Part shown: piece by piece, positions 28,842-38,004 of the stretch
Layout of the letters: the number at the start of each line of letters is the position of its first letter
How positions within the stretch are numbered: position 1 is the stretch's first letter
Translations under genes and position numbers: made by a program
Notes under the pieces: model-generated
Databases searched by the model: none
The model's input: only the letters and a program-made list of their open reading frames with translations
What the model was told of the DNA's origin: nothing
Source of the DNA: Candidatus Methylomirabilota bacterium
GTDB taxonomy: Bacteria > Methylomirabilota > Methylomirabilia > Rokubacteriales > CSP1-6
DNA length: 64,000 bases
Direction of reading: 5' to 3'
Assembly: GCA_046726415.1 (NCBI GenBank)
Contig: JBKPAK010000189.1
Location: 1,154 to 65,153, forward strand

Positions 28842-30529
28842 CTACGGGGCCGCAGTATAACCGGTGACGTCGATGACCACGTGGCTGGCACTGGGGCCCG
28901 CCTGGAGGACGAGGTCGGACATGCACGTGCTCCCCGCCGCCTCATCACAAATCGGCAGTAGGATCCCGTTCGCGACGTTCTGGCCCGGCGTGAAGTTGAT
29001 CGTGCTCGCCAGCGGTGGTGACCAGCCGAACGGAAATACCGTGAGATGGCCGAACATCGTCGGGCCGACCGCCACGACGTTCACGTGTACCCCCGTGGCC
29101 GTGGTGGGCACGCCGCACGTGCTAGCGGCGCCCTGGTTGAGCCCCGAGCCGGTTACGCGAACGTTGCGGCAAGCGTTCCCGGCCAGGACTCCGCCGCCCC
29201 CTGGATTGCGCGTGTCGAGCACACGGCAGGGTGGCACCGTAAAGGTCTTGTTGGCCCCCGGCTGGAGGCCAATGTAGCGAATCTTGCGGAAGCTCCCGGC
29301 ACCACCCGTCCCAGGCGACTGCGACAGGTAGTAGAGCGCCCCGTCGGGGCCCACCGCCATGTCTGCCACGCCGTCGGCGAGATCGGTCGCCCAGAACTCC
29401 GGGGTCGCTCCTGGAATCTTTTCCCAGATCCCGGTCACGCAGTTGAAGCGGAGCGCGTATAGGAAGCGGCGATAGTAGTCGGCGGCGAGTGAACGCCCTG
29501 GTAGTTAGGCGGGAAAAGCTCGACCCCTGCTCCGGCCGGCGCCTTGTACACCGGGCCGCCGATGATGGCATCGGCGGTCCCTCCAGCATTCACATATTCG
29601 AGGATCGGGGCAACGAGGTTAAGCGGATCCGGCTCCCCGCCATTGCAATCGGCGAACGGCAGGGTGCCCTCGAAGTAAGGCCAGCCGAAGTTGTCGCCGC
29701 CGGTCGGTGTCCCCCGGCTGGCTTCCTCACGCTGCGCATTGCCGACATCCCCGACGAACACGGCTCCGGTAAGCGGATCGATCGAGAACCGGAAAGGATT
29801 GCGCAGCCCGTACGCCCACACGAGCCTTGCGTTCACGTTCGCGCTGCCGGCGAAGGGGTTGCCGGCCGGAACCATCGTGGCCAGATCGAGCGGCGTGATC
29901 GAGTCGTCCACCTTAACCCTGAGGATCTTCCCCTTGAGTTGGGCCAGATCCTGCGCGGCGCAGGCGTCTGCGTCGTCCCCGATGCTGATGTACAGCATGT
30001 TATCGAGGCTGGAGCGGATCGTGCCGCCGTTGTGATTGCCCGCGACATCCGGGATCTGGTTGATCAAGAGCTGCTTCGATGTGGGGCTGATCGTGAGGTT
30101 CGTCGAGTTCGGATCGCCGAGATTGCCGGCCAGGGCATAGCGGGCCAGATGCGAGTTCTCGCTCCCGTTGTCGGAATATAGGACGTAGACGAACGGCCGC
30201 GCCGGGAAATCCGGATCCACCGCGATGCCGAGAAGCCCGCGCTCACCGTTGAACTCCACTTCGGGCATGGCGAGCAGCGCGTCCGCGACCAGGGTGCCGT
30301 TGACGACAAGGCGGATCTCTCCTGACTGCTGAATGATCAAGACGCGACCATCGGGGAGAAAGGCGAAGCCGACTGGCCAGGCGAGCCCGTTCGGCCCGCC
30401 AGGGACAACCGCGGCCTCCTCGAAGTTCGGGGGCAGCTCGATGGCCGCCGCGCGCGACGCGATGGTCGCGATCATGACGGCCATGATGAGCTTCAGCGCC
30501 ACCTTCGAAACAACGGATGGGCGTACCAC
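28842..30529 (-). CDS. Secreted PQQ-dependent sugar dehydrogenase (soluble aldose dehydrogenase, beta-propeller) fused to a C-terminal 4-Cys module. It is interrupted by a frameshift at about 29470.
   Basis: Track ORF 29435..30529 has a signal peptide plus GLLGIAVDPDFPARPFVYVLYS...GWPYFEG (sugar-dehydrogenase family). It ends just where the adjacent frame (track ORF 28842..29438) continues as SLAADYYRRFLYALRFNCVTGIWEK...TFTVPPCRVLDTR...PICDEAAGSTC...HVVIDVTGY. Confidence 0.7.
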
Positions 30530-30609
30530 CCTTGGTACTCTACCAAAACCGCCTCCGGCCGCGCCGCGGCGTGGCCGCCGAAGGATGGTAATCTGTCCCC
30601 GCGCGGCCC

Positions 30610-32352
30610 ATGCACGACCAGGATCTGCTCAGCGCCATTAGCGTCAGCATCATCGCCGCCGCGCTCCTGGCCCTCCTCGCCCGCTCCATCAAGCAACCCC
30701 TGATCCTCGGGTACATCCTCGGCGGCGCCCTCCTCGGGCCCAACGTCGGGCTCGGCATGGTGACCGACGAGGCGAGCATCGAGCTGATCTCCGAGATCGG
30801 CCTGATCCTCCTCCTGTTCATCATCGGGCTCGAGCTGAGCATCCCGCGACTGCTCCAAACGGGCCGTACCATCATCGTAAGCGGACTTCTGCAGTTCCCC
30901 ATCTGCGCGGTGCTCGCGTGGTTCGCCGCCGCCCCCATCGCCGTCATGACCGGCGGGCCCTTCGATCGCCTGTATCTCGGGGTGACGCTGAGCCTCTCCT
31001 CAACCCTGATCGTGGTAAAGCTCTTGTCGGACAAGTTCGAGATGGGCACCTTGGGCGGGCGCATCACGCTGGGCGTGCTCGTCTTCCAGGACATCTGGGC
31101 CATCGCCTTCCTGGCCCTCCAACCCAACCTGGGCTCGCTCAGGGCCGGGCCCTTGATCGCGTCGTTGGCGGCCGGGGCGGGGCTGGTGGCCGGGGCGGCC
31201 GCCCTGTCGCGCTGGATCCTTCCGCGGCTCTACCGCGCGATCGCCAAGTCGCCGGAGATGGTGCTCGTCGCCTCCATGGCGTGGTGCTTCCTGGTGGCCG
31301 GGACGGCGGGAGCGCTCGGACTCTCGAAGGAGATGGGGGCCCTCATCGCCGGGATGACCATCGCCTCGTTCCCCTACGGCACCGAGGTCATCGGGCGCCT
31401 GTCTGGCGTGCGCGACTTCTTCGTGACCCTGTTCTTCGTGGCCCTGGGGTTGAAAGTTCCCGCGCCATCGTTGCCCCTCATCCTCCTCGCCTGCGCCGTC
31501 GCGCTCTTCGTGGTGGCCAGCCGCTTCGTGTCGATCTACGCCATCTTCGCCGGACTCCGCCTCGACGCGCGCACGGCGGGCGTGGTGGCCATCAACCTGT
31601 CGCAGATCAGCGAGTTCTCCCTCGTGATCGTGAACCTCGGAACCGAACATGGGCACGTGAGCGAAGGCGTCGGCTCGCTCGTCCTCTACACGTTGCTCCT
31701 CATGTCGGTGACCTCGACCTACACCACCTTGTTCAACCACGAGATTGCCACCCGGATCGCCCGCGCCCTGGCGATGATCGGGATCCTGCGCTGGTTCGGC
31801 GCCCGCCGCGAGGAAGCCCCGACGCCCAGCGCTCACCCCGTCGGCCACCACGACCTGTTCCTGCTCGGGGTGTCCCGGGAAGGACTCGCCTTTCTCGAGC
31901 ACCTCGAGCGGACGCGACCAGAGATGAAGAACCGCGTGGTGGCTATCGACTTCAACCCCGAGACCCTGGAGCGACTGCGGGCGGCGGGAGTGGAGTCGCA
32001 CTACGGCGACATCTCGAATCCGGAGACCTTGCAGCACGCGGGGATCGGCCGGGCCTCGGTGATCGTGTCGAGCATCTCCGACTGGTTCCTGAAGGGCATC
32101 GACAACCAGCGCCTGCTCCGTTGGGCGCGCAGCCTCGCTCCCAACGCGCAGGTCATCGTCACCGCCGACACGCTGACGGGGGCGACCGGGCTCTACAACG
32201 CCGGGGCCGACTACGTCCTTCTGCCCGCGACGCTCTCCGCCGAGCATCTGTACACGGTGCTCAGCAGCGAGGCTCCGGATGCGCTCGCCGAGGCCAGGCG
32301 ACGCCAGGCGCGCGAGCTGTTCCAGAAGGAGCTTCCGGAAGAGGTCCACTGA
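30610..32352 (+). CDS. Monovalent cation:proton antiporter (CPA2, KefB/KefC-like) with a C-terminal RCK/TrkA-N domain.
   Basis: N-terminal Na+/H+ exchanger TM domain, and a C-terminal Rossmann-like region (LFLLGVSREGLAFLEHL...VVAIDFNPE). Confidence 0.85.
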   Translation: MHDQDLLSAISVSIIAAALLALLARSIKQPLILGYILGGALLGPNVGLGMVTDEASIELISEIGLILLLFIIGLELSIPRLLQTGRTIIVSGLLQFPICAVLAWFAAAPIAVMTGGPFDRLYLGVTLSLSSTLIVVKLLSDKFEMGTLGGRITLGVLVFQDIWAIAFLALQPNLGSLRAGPLIASLAAGAGLVAGAAALSRWILPRLYRAIAKSPEMVLVASMAWCFLVAGTAGALGLSKEMGALIAGMTIASFPYGTEVIGRLSGVRDFFVTLFFVALGLKVPAPSLPLILLACAVALFVVASRFVSIYAIFAGLRLDARTAGVVAINLSQISEFSLVIVNLGTEHGHVSEGVGSLVLYTLLLMSVTSTYTTLFNHEIATRIARALAMIGILRWFGARREEAPTPSAHPVGHHDLFLLGVSREGLAFLEHLERTRPEMKNRVVAIDFNPETLERLRAAGVESHYGDISNPETLQHAGIGRASVIVSSISDWFLKGIDNQRLLRWARSLAPNAQVIVTADTLTGATGLYNAGADYVLLPATLSAEHLYTVLSSEAPDALAEARRRQARELFQKELPEEVH

Positions 32353-32447
32353 GGGGGTCGCCCTCACCGAGCCCGCGGCCGCTCCGCTCTGGCCGGTGCT
32401 ATATTTCCCCCACCCTTGAACCACTCGCACCGAGTCAGGAGATCCCG

Positions 32448-33617
32448 ATGAGTACCGTCAAAGCCCTGATTGGTCAGGCTGTCGACAGCCTCGCCGATGA
32501 GCTGGAACAGCTTTCCCACCAGATCCACGCCAACCCGGAACTCGGCTATCAGGAGATCAAGGCGGCCGGCTGGCTTTGCGATTTCCTCGCCGCCCAGGGC
32601 TACGAGGTCGAGCGGGGGGTGGCAGGAATCGACACGGCGTTTCGAGCCATCATCGACAACGGCGACGGCCCCACCATCGCCATCCTGTGCGAATACGACG
32701 CCCTCCCCGCCATCGGCCACGCCTGCGGGCACAACGTGATCGCCGCCTCTGGCGCCGGAGCCGGAGCGGCCCTGGCGCGCGTGAGGGCCACGCTGCCCCG
32801 CGGACGCCTGGTGGTCGTCGGGACCCCGGCCGAGGAAGGTGGTGGTGGCAAGGTCCGACTCCTCAAGGGGAACGTCTTCAAGTCCGTGGATGTCGCTATG
32901 ATGGTGCACGGGTGGGACCGGTGGATCGGGCACCAGGATCTTCTGGGTATCGTCCGCGTGGGCTTCGAGTTCACCGGCAAGGCCGCCCACGCCGCCGCCG
33001 ACCCCTGGGAAGGCGTCAACGCGCTCGATGCCGTCGTCCAAACCTTCAACAACGTCAGCATGCTGCGCCAGCAGATTCGCCCTGATGCGCGCATCCATGG
33101 CATTGTGACGAATGGCGGCGCGGCCGCCAACATCATCCCGGAGGCGGCGGCCGCCCTGTTCTACGTGCGCGCGGCGAAGCTCGACTACATGTGGGAGCTG
33201 CACCGTCGGGTGATCGCGTGCGCGGAGGGCGCCGCCCGGGCCACGGGATGCTCACTCAAGGTCGTGGAGAACGAACACGCCTATGAGCCGATGAAGCGCA
33301 ACGAGACGCTTCTCGACCTCTTCCGCGCAAACCTCCAGGCCCTCGGGGCGGTGGAGTCTCCCGAGGTCCGCGACCGCCTGGGTTCATCGGACGTCGGCAA
33401 CGTGAGCCAGGTGATTCCGGCCATTCAACCCCTCGTGAAGATCGCCCCCGAAGGTACCCCGATTCACTCCCGTGCCTTCGAGGCCGCGGCCGCCGCGCCC
33501 CTCGCCCGGGAGGGAATGCTGATCGCCGCCAAAACCATGGCCATGACGTCGTTCGATCTGCTCGCCGATCCCTCCCTGGTGGCCAAGGCCCGGCAGGAGT
33601 TCGAGGCCACGCCGTGA
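32448..33617 (+). CDS. M20D-family amidohydrolase (AbgB / hippurate-hydrolase-like peptidase).
   Basis: MSTVKALIGQAVDSLADELEQLSHQIHANPELGYQE...ILCEYDALPAIGHACGHNVIAASG matches M20D metal-binding motifs. An aggag RBS precedes the ATG. The upstream part of track ORF 30918..33617 is a wrong-frame read-through. Confidence 0.8.
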   Translation: MSTVKALIGQAVDSLADELEQLSHQIHANPELGYQEIKAAGWLCDFLAAQGYEVERGVAGIDTAFRAIIDNGDGPTIAILCEYDALPAIGHACGHNVIAASGAGAGAALARVRATLPRGRLVVVGTPAEEGGGGKVRLLKGNVFKSVDVAMMVHGWDRWIGHQDLLGIVRVGFEFTGKAAHAAADPWEGVNALDAVVQTFNNVSMLRQQIRPDARIHGIVTNGGAAANIIPEAAAALFYVRAAKLDYMWELHRRVIACAEGAARATGCSLKVVENEHAYEPMKRNETLLDLFRANLQALGAVESPEVRDRLGSSDVGNVSQVIPAIQPLVKIAPEGTPIHSRAFEAAAAAPLAREGMLIAAKTMAMTSFDLLADPSLVAKARQEFEATP

Positions 33618-33708
33618 GCGAAGTTGCCCTCGCTCAGATCAAGCCGAGGGTCGCGGCCCTCGATCGACCTCCTCGCGCCCTCGCGAAGACAAAGGAGGAA
33701 TTCACGCG

Positions 33709-34077
33709 ATGACCCGTCAACGTTGCCGGTCCGCCATCCTGAGTGGCGCCCTCCTGCTCGGCGCAGTCGCGCTCGCGGTGCCCCTCATCGCGGGAGAGAT
33801 CGCCCTCACCGTGGTGAACATCGAGACACCACAAGGCGTGAAGATCTGGGAACCGCCGACCATCGTGGCCAAGAAGGGCGACACCGTGGCCCTGAAGCTG
33901 ATCAACCGCCACGCGGAGGAGCACGGGTTCGAGATTGAGGCCTTCGGCGTGAAGGAAGTCGTCGACGGGAACAAGGCCAAGGACGTGAGCTTCAAGGCCG
34001 ATAAGGCCGGGATCTTTCCCATCAAGTGCCAGCTCCATCCCGCGCACGTGGTGGGCCAGTTCGTCGTCCTGGAGTGA
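33709..34077 (+). CDS. Secreted cupredoxin-domain protein (Cupredoxin_1-like, putative type-1 copper site).
   Basis: Signal peptide. KLINRHAEEHGFEI and KCQLHPAHVVGQ form a His/Cys/His/Gln ligand pattern. Confidence 0.55.
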   Translation: MTRQRCRSAILSGALLLGAVALAVPLIAGEIALTVVNIETPQGVKIWEPPTIVAKKGDTVALKLINRHAEEHGFEIEAFGVKEVVDGNKAKDVSFKADKAGIFPIKCQLHPAHVVGQFVVLE

Positions 34078-34083
34078 AGCCCG

Positions 34084-34866
34084 GTGGGCTGGCGAGCGCG
34101 GGCGGTCATGGCCCTGAGCGCTCTGCTTTGCGTGGCCCACTCCTCGTTCGGCCAGCCCGCTGACCCTACGCGCGGCCGAAAGGTCTACGAGGCGAACTGT
34201 GCCATCTGCCACGGCGAGCATGGTGACGGCAAGGGGCAGGCTGCCCACCACTTCGCCTCGGCTCCCCGCGACCTGACCACGGGCCGCTACAAGTTCCGCT
34301 CGACGGCCACCGGACAGCTCCCAACCGATGACGACCTCCGGCGGAGCGTCGTGACCGGGATCCCGGGCACCGGCATGGTGCCCCAGGACCATCTGATCGA
34401 CACGGACGTTCGGTCCGTCATCGACTTCATCAAGAGTCTGTCGCCGAAGTTCGCGACGGCCACACCCCCGAAACCGCTCCCGATCCCCTCCCCGCCGGCC
34501 CGGACCCCCGAGGCCATCGCGCGAGGCCGCAAAGCCTACGAGAAGGGCGAATGCCGAGAGTGCCACGGCCCCGAGGGCCACGGCGATGGCCCATCGGCGA
34601 AGGACCTCAAGATCAAGCCCTCCGATCTCACCCGCCGACCGCTCAAGGGCGGAGCGACACCTCGCGACATCGCCCGCACCCTTTTCACCGGACTCGACGG
34701 CACTCCCATGCCGTCCTACCACTTGATCCTCGACGATGACGAGCTCTGGGATCTCGCGTACTACGTGGACTCGCTCGGCACGCCGCCGGTCGTCACCGAC
34801 GACGAGCGCGCCGGATGGCACGTGGTGAGGATGCACCAGCGTCGAGGCCCCGCATCCCCCCGCTAG
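34084..34866 (+). CDS. Di-haem c-type cytochrome (class I, two CxxCH motifs).
   Basis: Signal peptide, CAICHG and CRECHG. Confidence 0.75.
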   Translation: MGWRARAVMALSALLCVAHSSFGQPADPTRGRKVYEANCAICHGEHGDGKGQAAHHFASAPRDLTTGRYKFRSTATGQLPTDDDLRRSVVTGIPGTGMVPQDHLIDTDVRSVIDFIKSLSPKFATATPPKPLPIPSPPARTPEAIARGRKAYEKGECRECHGPEGHGDGPSAKDLKIKPSDLTRRPLKGGATPRDIARTLFTGLDGTPMPSYHLILDDDELWDLAYYVDSLGTPPVVTDDERAGWHVVRMHQRRGPASPR

Positions 34867-34892
34867 CCAGGGCGCCGCGAGCCGGCCGCGCT

Positions 34893-36488
34893 TCAGGACC
34901 GGTGGCGGCGGTGCTCGGCAGCGCGCTCGGCCTCGAGGCGTTCCAGGGCCACCCCCGAGTGGTCGGCAAAGCGCATGGCAGCCGCGATGGCCGGGTGCCC
35001 CGCCTGCTCGGCGATCAACCGGTGCATCGCCTGACAGATCCGCCGATAGGAGGGGTGTCCCTGGGGGGTCGTGCGCAACTCGATGACGTGCATGGCCTCG
35101 CGCGCGTTCATCTGCATGACGAATCGAACTCGGTACGCCATTGACACTGCGTAGGAGGCCACCTCGGGCATCCCGGCGCTGGCGATAGCCTCCCAGGTCG
35201 CAGCGGACTCGTCCATCACCTGTTCCCACTCGGCCTGGCCGCCGGCAGCGGCCACGGCTTCGGGCATGACGTAGCCGTGAGTCGTCGCGAGACGCTGCCA
35301 CTCGAGCGTCAGCAGGCGGTGCCGCTGTAGATCGCGGAAGGCCCCGTAGTCGCCGACGATGTCGAACCGGTATGATGTCCGCTCGAAGGCACGCCCTGGC
35401 TTGTGGCGCCGGTTCCCACGCGTGCCCACGTAGGATTCGAGGAGGCGGCGGCGCTCGTCCGCGGTCATCCGGCGAGCCATGGCGAGAAGCTGATCGTCGG
35501 GAAGTCCGGACGCAGCGTAGAGAGCTGCCGCCACTACTTTCACCTCACCCTCTGGATCGAAATCGGCGAGGGTCACTTCCCCCCGGGGCTCCGGCTTCAG
35601 GCCGGAGAGCACGCGTTCGGTGGCGGCCTCAGCCCCCGCCCTGGTCTCCGCGAGATAGGCCGACCACGCCCCTCCGCGCTCAGCGACGTCCACCCGCCGC
35701 AGGAAGGCAGGGATCACCTTGCGCAACTCGGTGAGCATGAGCTCTGCATAGGCGCGGACCTCGGCCAAGCGGTGTGCGCGCATTCGGAGGAGGAGCTGCT
35801 CGTAGCCTTGCCCGGTTCCGAAGATGCCTACATTGGAGACGGTGGCTGCCGGCAGGAGACCGCGCAGGGTGTCGAGCGCCTTGGCGCGAATCGTCATCCG
35901 GTACACGTTCTCGGATTCGTCGGCGGCCCTCGGGAATTGCGTCGCATAGTAGTCGCGCATCCGGGGAAGCCACGCGGCGTAGGTGGTGAAGGCGCGGTCC
36001 AGCGCGGCCATGTAATGCTGGCGAAGGACTCCCTCTAGTTCCACCGGGACGTGGTAGCGAAACCGGTCATCAGGCCGGTCGTCGTACGGGATATATCGCG
36101 TCGACTGCTCGAGATACGCCATCAGGCGGCCCCACTCGAGGACCTTGGTGAGGATGTTCGACGCGCCCTCGCAGGCCAGGTGCAGCCCGCCGAGCTGAGC
36201 CACCGAGTCATCGCCGTACTCGACGAAGACTCGTTCGTAGAGCTGCTCGGCGCGCGACGTCCCGACCTCGGTCAACGAGGCGCGCGCGCGGGATGTGTCG
36301 AAGCCTCCGGGAGCCAGGAATTCGTCGAGGAACAGCCGGCGGAGCGATTTGGGTGAGCGCGAGTAGCGCGCGAACAGCGCCCCTTTCACGACCTCGGGGA
36401 GGTTGACGAGCGCGAACACGGGACCATCGAGGTTGGTGAAGTAGGGCGCGAGTCGGGCGCGTTCCGCTGGGGTGAACTCGTCGCTCAT
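34893..36488 (-). CDS. Flavin-dependent thymidylate synthase (ThyX)-like protein, unusually long, with apparently two ThyX-like halves.
   Basis: The second half has AFRDLQRHRLLTLEWQ (ThyX RHR motif context FxRxxxRHR). The first half has VFALVNLPEVVKGALFARYSRS, resembling the ThyX N-terminal ARVS motif. Start at M94 of track ORF 34893..36767 (MSDEF...). Confidence 0.5.
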   Translation of the reverse strand: MSDEFTPAERARLAPYFTNLDGPVFALVNLPEVVKGALFARYSRSPKSLRRLFLDEFLAPGGFDTSRARASLTEVGTSRAEQLYERVFVEYGDDSVAQLGGLHLACEGASNILTKVLEWGRLMAYLEQSTRYIPYDDRPDDRFRYHVPVELEGVLRQHYMAALDRAFTTYAAWLPRMRDYYATQFPRAADESENVYRMTIRAKALDTLRGLLPAATVSNVGIFGTGQGYEQLLLRMRAHRLAEVRAYAELMLTELRKVIPAFLRRVDVAERGGAWSAYLAETRAGAEAATERVLSGLKPEPRGEVTLADFDPEGEVKVVAAALYAASGLPDDQLLAMARRMTADERRRLLESYVGTRGNRRHKPGRAFERTSYRFDIVGDYGAFRDLQRHRLLTLEWQRLATTHGYVMPEAVAAAGGQAEWEQVMDESAATWEAIASAGMPEVASYAVSMAYRVRFVMQMNAREAMHVIELRTTPQGHPSYRRICQAMHRLIAEQAGHPAIAAAMRFADHSGVALERLEAERAAEHRRHRS

Positions 36489-36604
36489 GCTGAGCGATGG
36501 TAGCACCGAGGACGGGCGCCACCTCTGAGAGGGCGGCGTCCCGATGATCCGATGACCCGGCCGCGGCTTCGACGGCCCCAGCGAGACCGCGGTCGAAGCA
36601 GGCG

Positions 36605-37699
36605 TCAGGAGATCGCGACCGAGTTGCCCGGCGAGCCCGTGGCCCCTTTGAGCACCAACGGATTGAAGGACCAGGCGAACTCGTACACGCGATCCTGGGC
36701 CAGCGCCGCGAGGTTGAGATTCTCGTTGATGTAGATCCCGTTCATGACGAGCCAAATCGTGTGGCACTCGAAGGGCCGGTTGGCATCCTCTCCGGGCACC
36801 GCCTCGACTGGCCAGGTATCCGCGCCGACGACGGCGATCTTCTTGTCGGCGAGCCAGTTCGCCACGGTCTTGCCGGGGCCGGGACAGCCTTTGTTGTACT
36901 CGTCGTTGAACTTCTTCCAGAGCTTGCTGTGCCCGGTGTGAAAGAGGACGACGTCGCCCTCACCCGGCTCGCGGAGGCCCGCCATGCGCAGGGTGCCCAT
37001 CACGTCGTCCATGGTGATGATGTAGTCGATGGCCAGCCGATCAAAGCCCCTGTAGCGCGCGACGTCGAGGAGGATGCCGCGCGTGAAGAAGGGCTGGCAG
37101 TTGTGGATCCCGAGCTTCTGGAGACCATAGGCGCCGCCCACTTGTTCCTGGGTAAAGCCGTTGTAGTAGCGGAGCTCGTTGCCCACCTTGTTGCCGATGT
37201 GGCCGAGGCCGTCGAACTGGGAGCCGACCTGGCCGACCTCACCGCTGAACATCTCATCGTTGTAGTACAGGTTGTGGTTGCCAAACGGCCCGCCCGTCGG
37301 CCCTCCGGGGATCGTGACGGAGACGTGGCGGGCGCCGAAGAGCGGGATGCCCGTCTCGAGCACTTGGCTCAGCGGATAGATCCGGCCTCGCTTGATGAGC
37401 GCCGCGGCCTCGAGGACCTTGGCCGGGGTGATGCGGTTATTCGCACCGCGCTCATCGGCGGGGCCCCAGGGCGAGGGCCACCAGTTCCGCCCCATCGGAT
37501 TGGCGGGGGCTTGGGCCTGAGCCTGACCCGCCTGACCCGCCACCACTCCGGCCGCCACGCTCGCGACGAACCCGGTCTTGACGAAGTCACGTCGAGAAAC
37601 GTCGCTCTCGGGCCCCTCGCGCCGGTCGGCCTCCTCCGCGTGCGCGCACGGCTCCTGGTGCTGATGCCCGAAGTATCGCCTCAGCCACTCACCTTGCAT
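36605..37699 (-). CDS. Cyclase-family protein (kynurenine-formamidase-like fold) with a Tat signal.
   Basis: SRRDFVKTGFVASVAAGVVAGQAGQAQA is a twin-arginine signal. HxGxH-like LFHTGHSKLW is typical of the putative-cyclase family. Confidence 0.7.
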   Translation of the reverse strand: MQGEWLRRYFGHQHQEPCAHAEEADRREGPESDVSRRDFVKTGFVASVAAGVVAGQAGQAQAQAPANPMGRNWWPSPWGPADERGANNRITPAKVLEAAALIKRGRIYPLSQVLETGIPLFGARHVSVTIPGGPTGGPFGNHNLYYNDEMFSGEVGQVGSQFDGLGHIGNKVGNELRYYNGFTQEQVGGAYGLQKLGIHNCQPFFTRGILLDVARYRGFDRLAIDYIITMDDVMGTLRMAGLREPGEGDVVLFHTGHSKLWKKFNDEYNKGCPGPGKTVANWLADKKIAVVGADTWPVEAVPGEDANRPFECHTIWLVMNGIYINENLNLAALAQDRVYEFAWSFNPLVLKGATGSPGNSVAIS

Positions 37700-37801
37700 G
37701 GGTTGCTCCTCCTCGTCGTCGAGTGCGCCGGCCCGTCAACCGTTCTCCAAGAAGCTCGTCTCGGACTGCGGGATGCCTTTCACAACGCGTCTCGCACCTT
37801 G

Positions 37802-37890
37802 GGACCCAGCCCCGCGGCGTCCTGCGGCTCGGGCTCCAGAACCTCGCCTCGGACGGCGGGGACCCCAGCCCCGCGGCGTCCTGCGGCTCG
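37802..37890. promoter_or_regulatory. Perfect direct repeat of about 28 bp (gacc(c)cagccccgcggcgtcctgcggctcg) occurring twice with a 60-bp period in a divergent promoter region.
   Basis: Both copies were read directly from the sequence. They lie between the cyclase start (37699) and the LLM oxidoreductase start (38005). Confidence 0.35.
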
Positions 37891-38004
37891 CACGACGCCC
37901 CGGCCTCGCCGCGGCGCTGTGCGAAGCGTGCCGTGCACCGTAAGTCGCTTGCGCGCGAGGTGTCAAGTGACCGGGTGCAGCACCGCATGCTAGGCTCACC
38001 GATC

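Noticed and set aside
30918-33617. 899-aa ORF that appears to span the antiporter and amidohydrolase genes (likewise 40265..42490 and 46349..48349 for thrC and cpoB).
   Set aside because: Only the 3' portion is real coding sequence (M20 amidohydrolase from 32448, with an aggag RBS). The upstream part is Arg-rich read-through lying out of frame over the antiporter gene.
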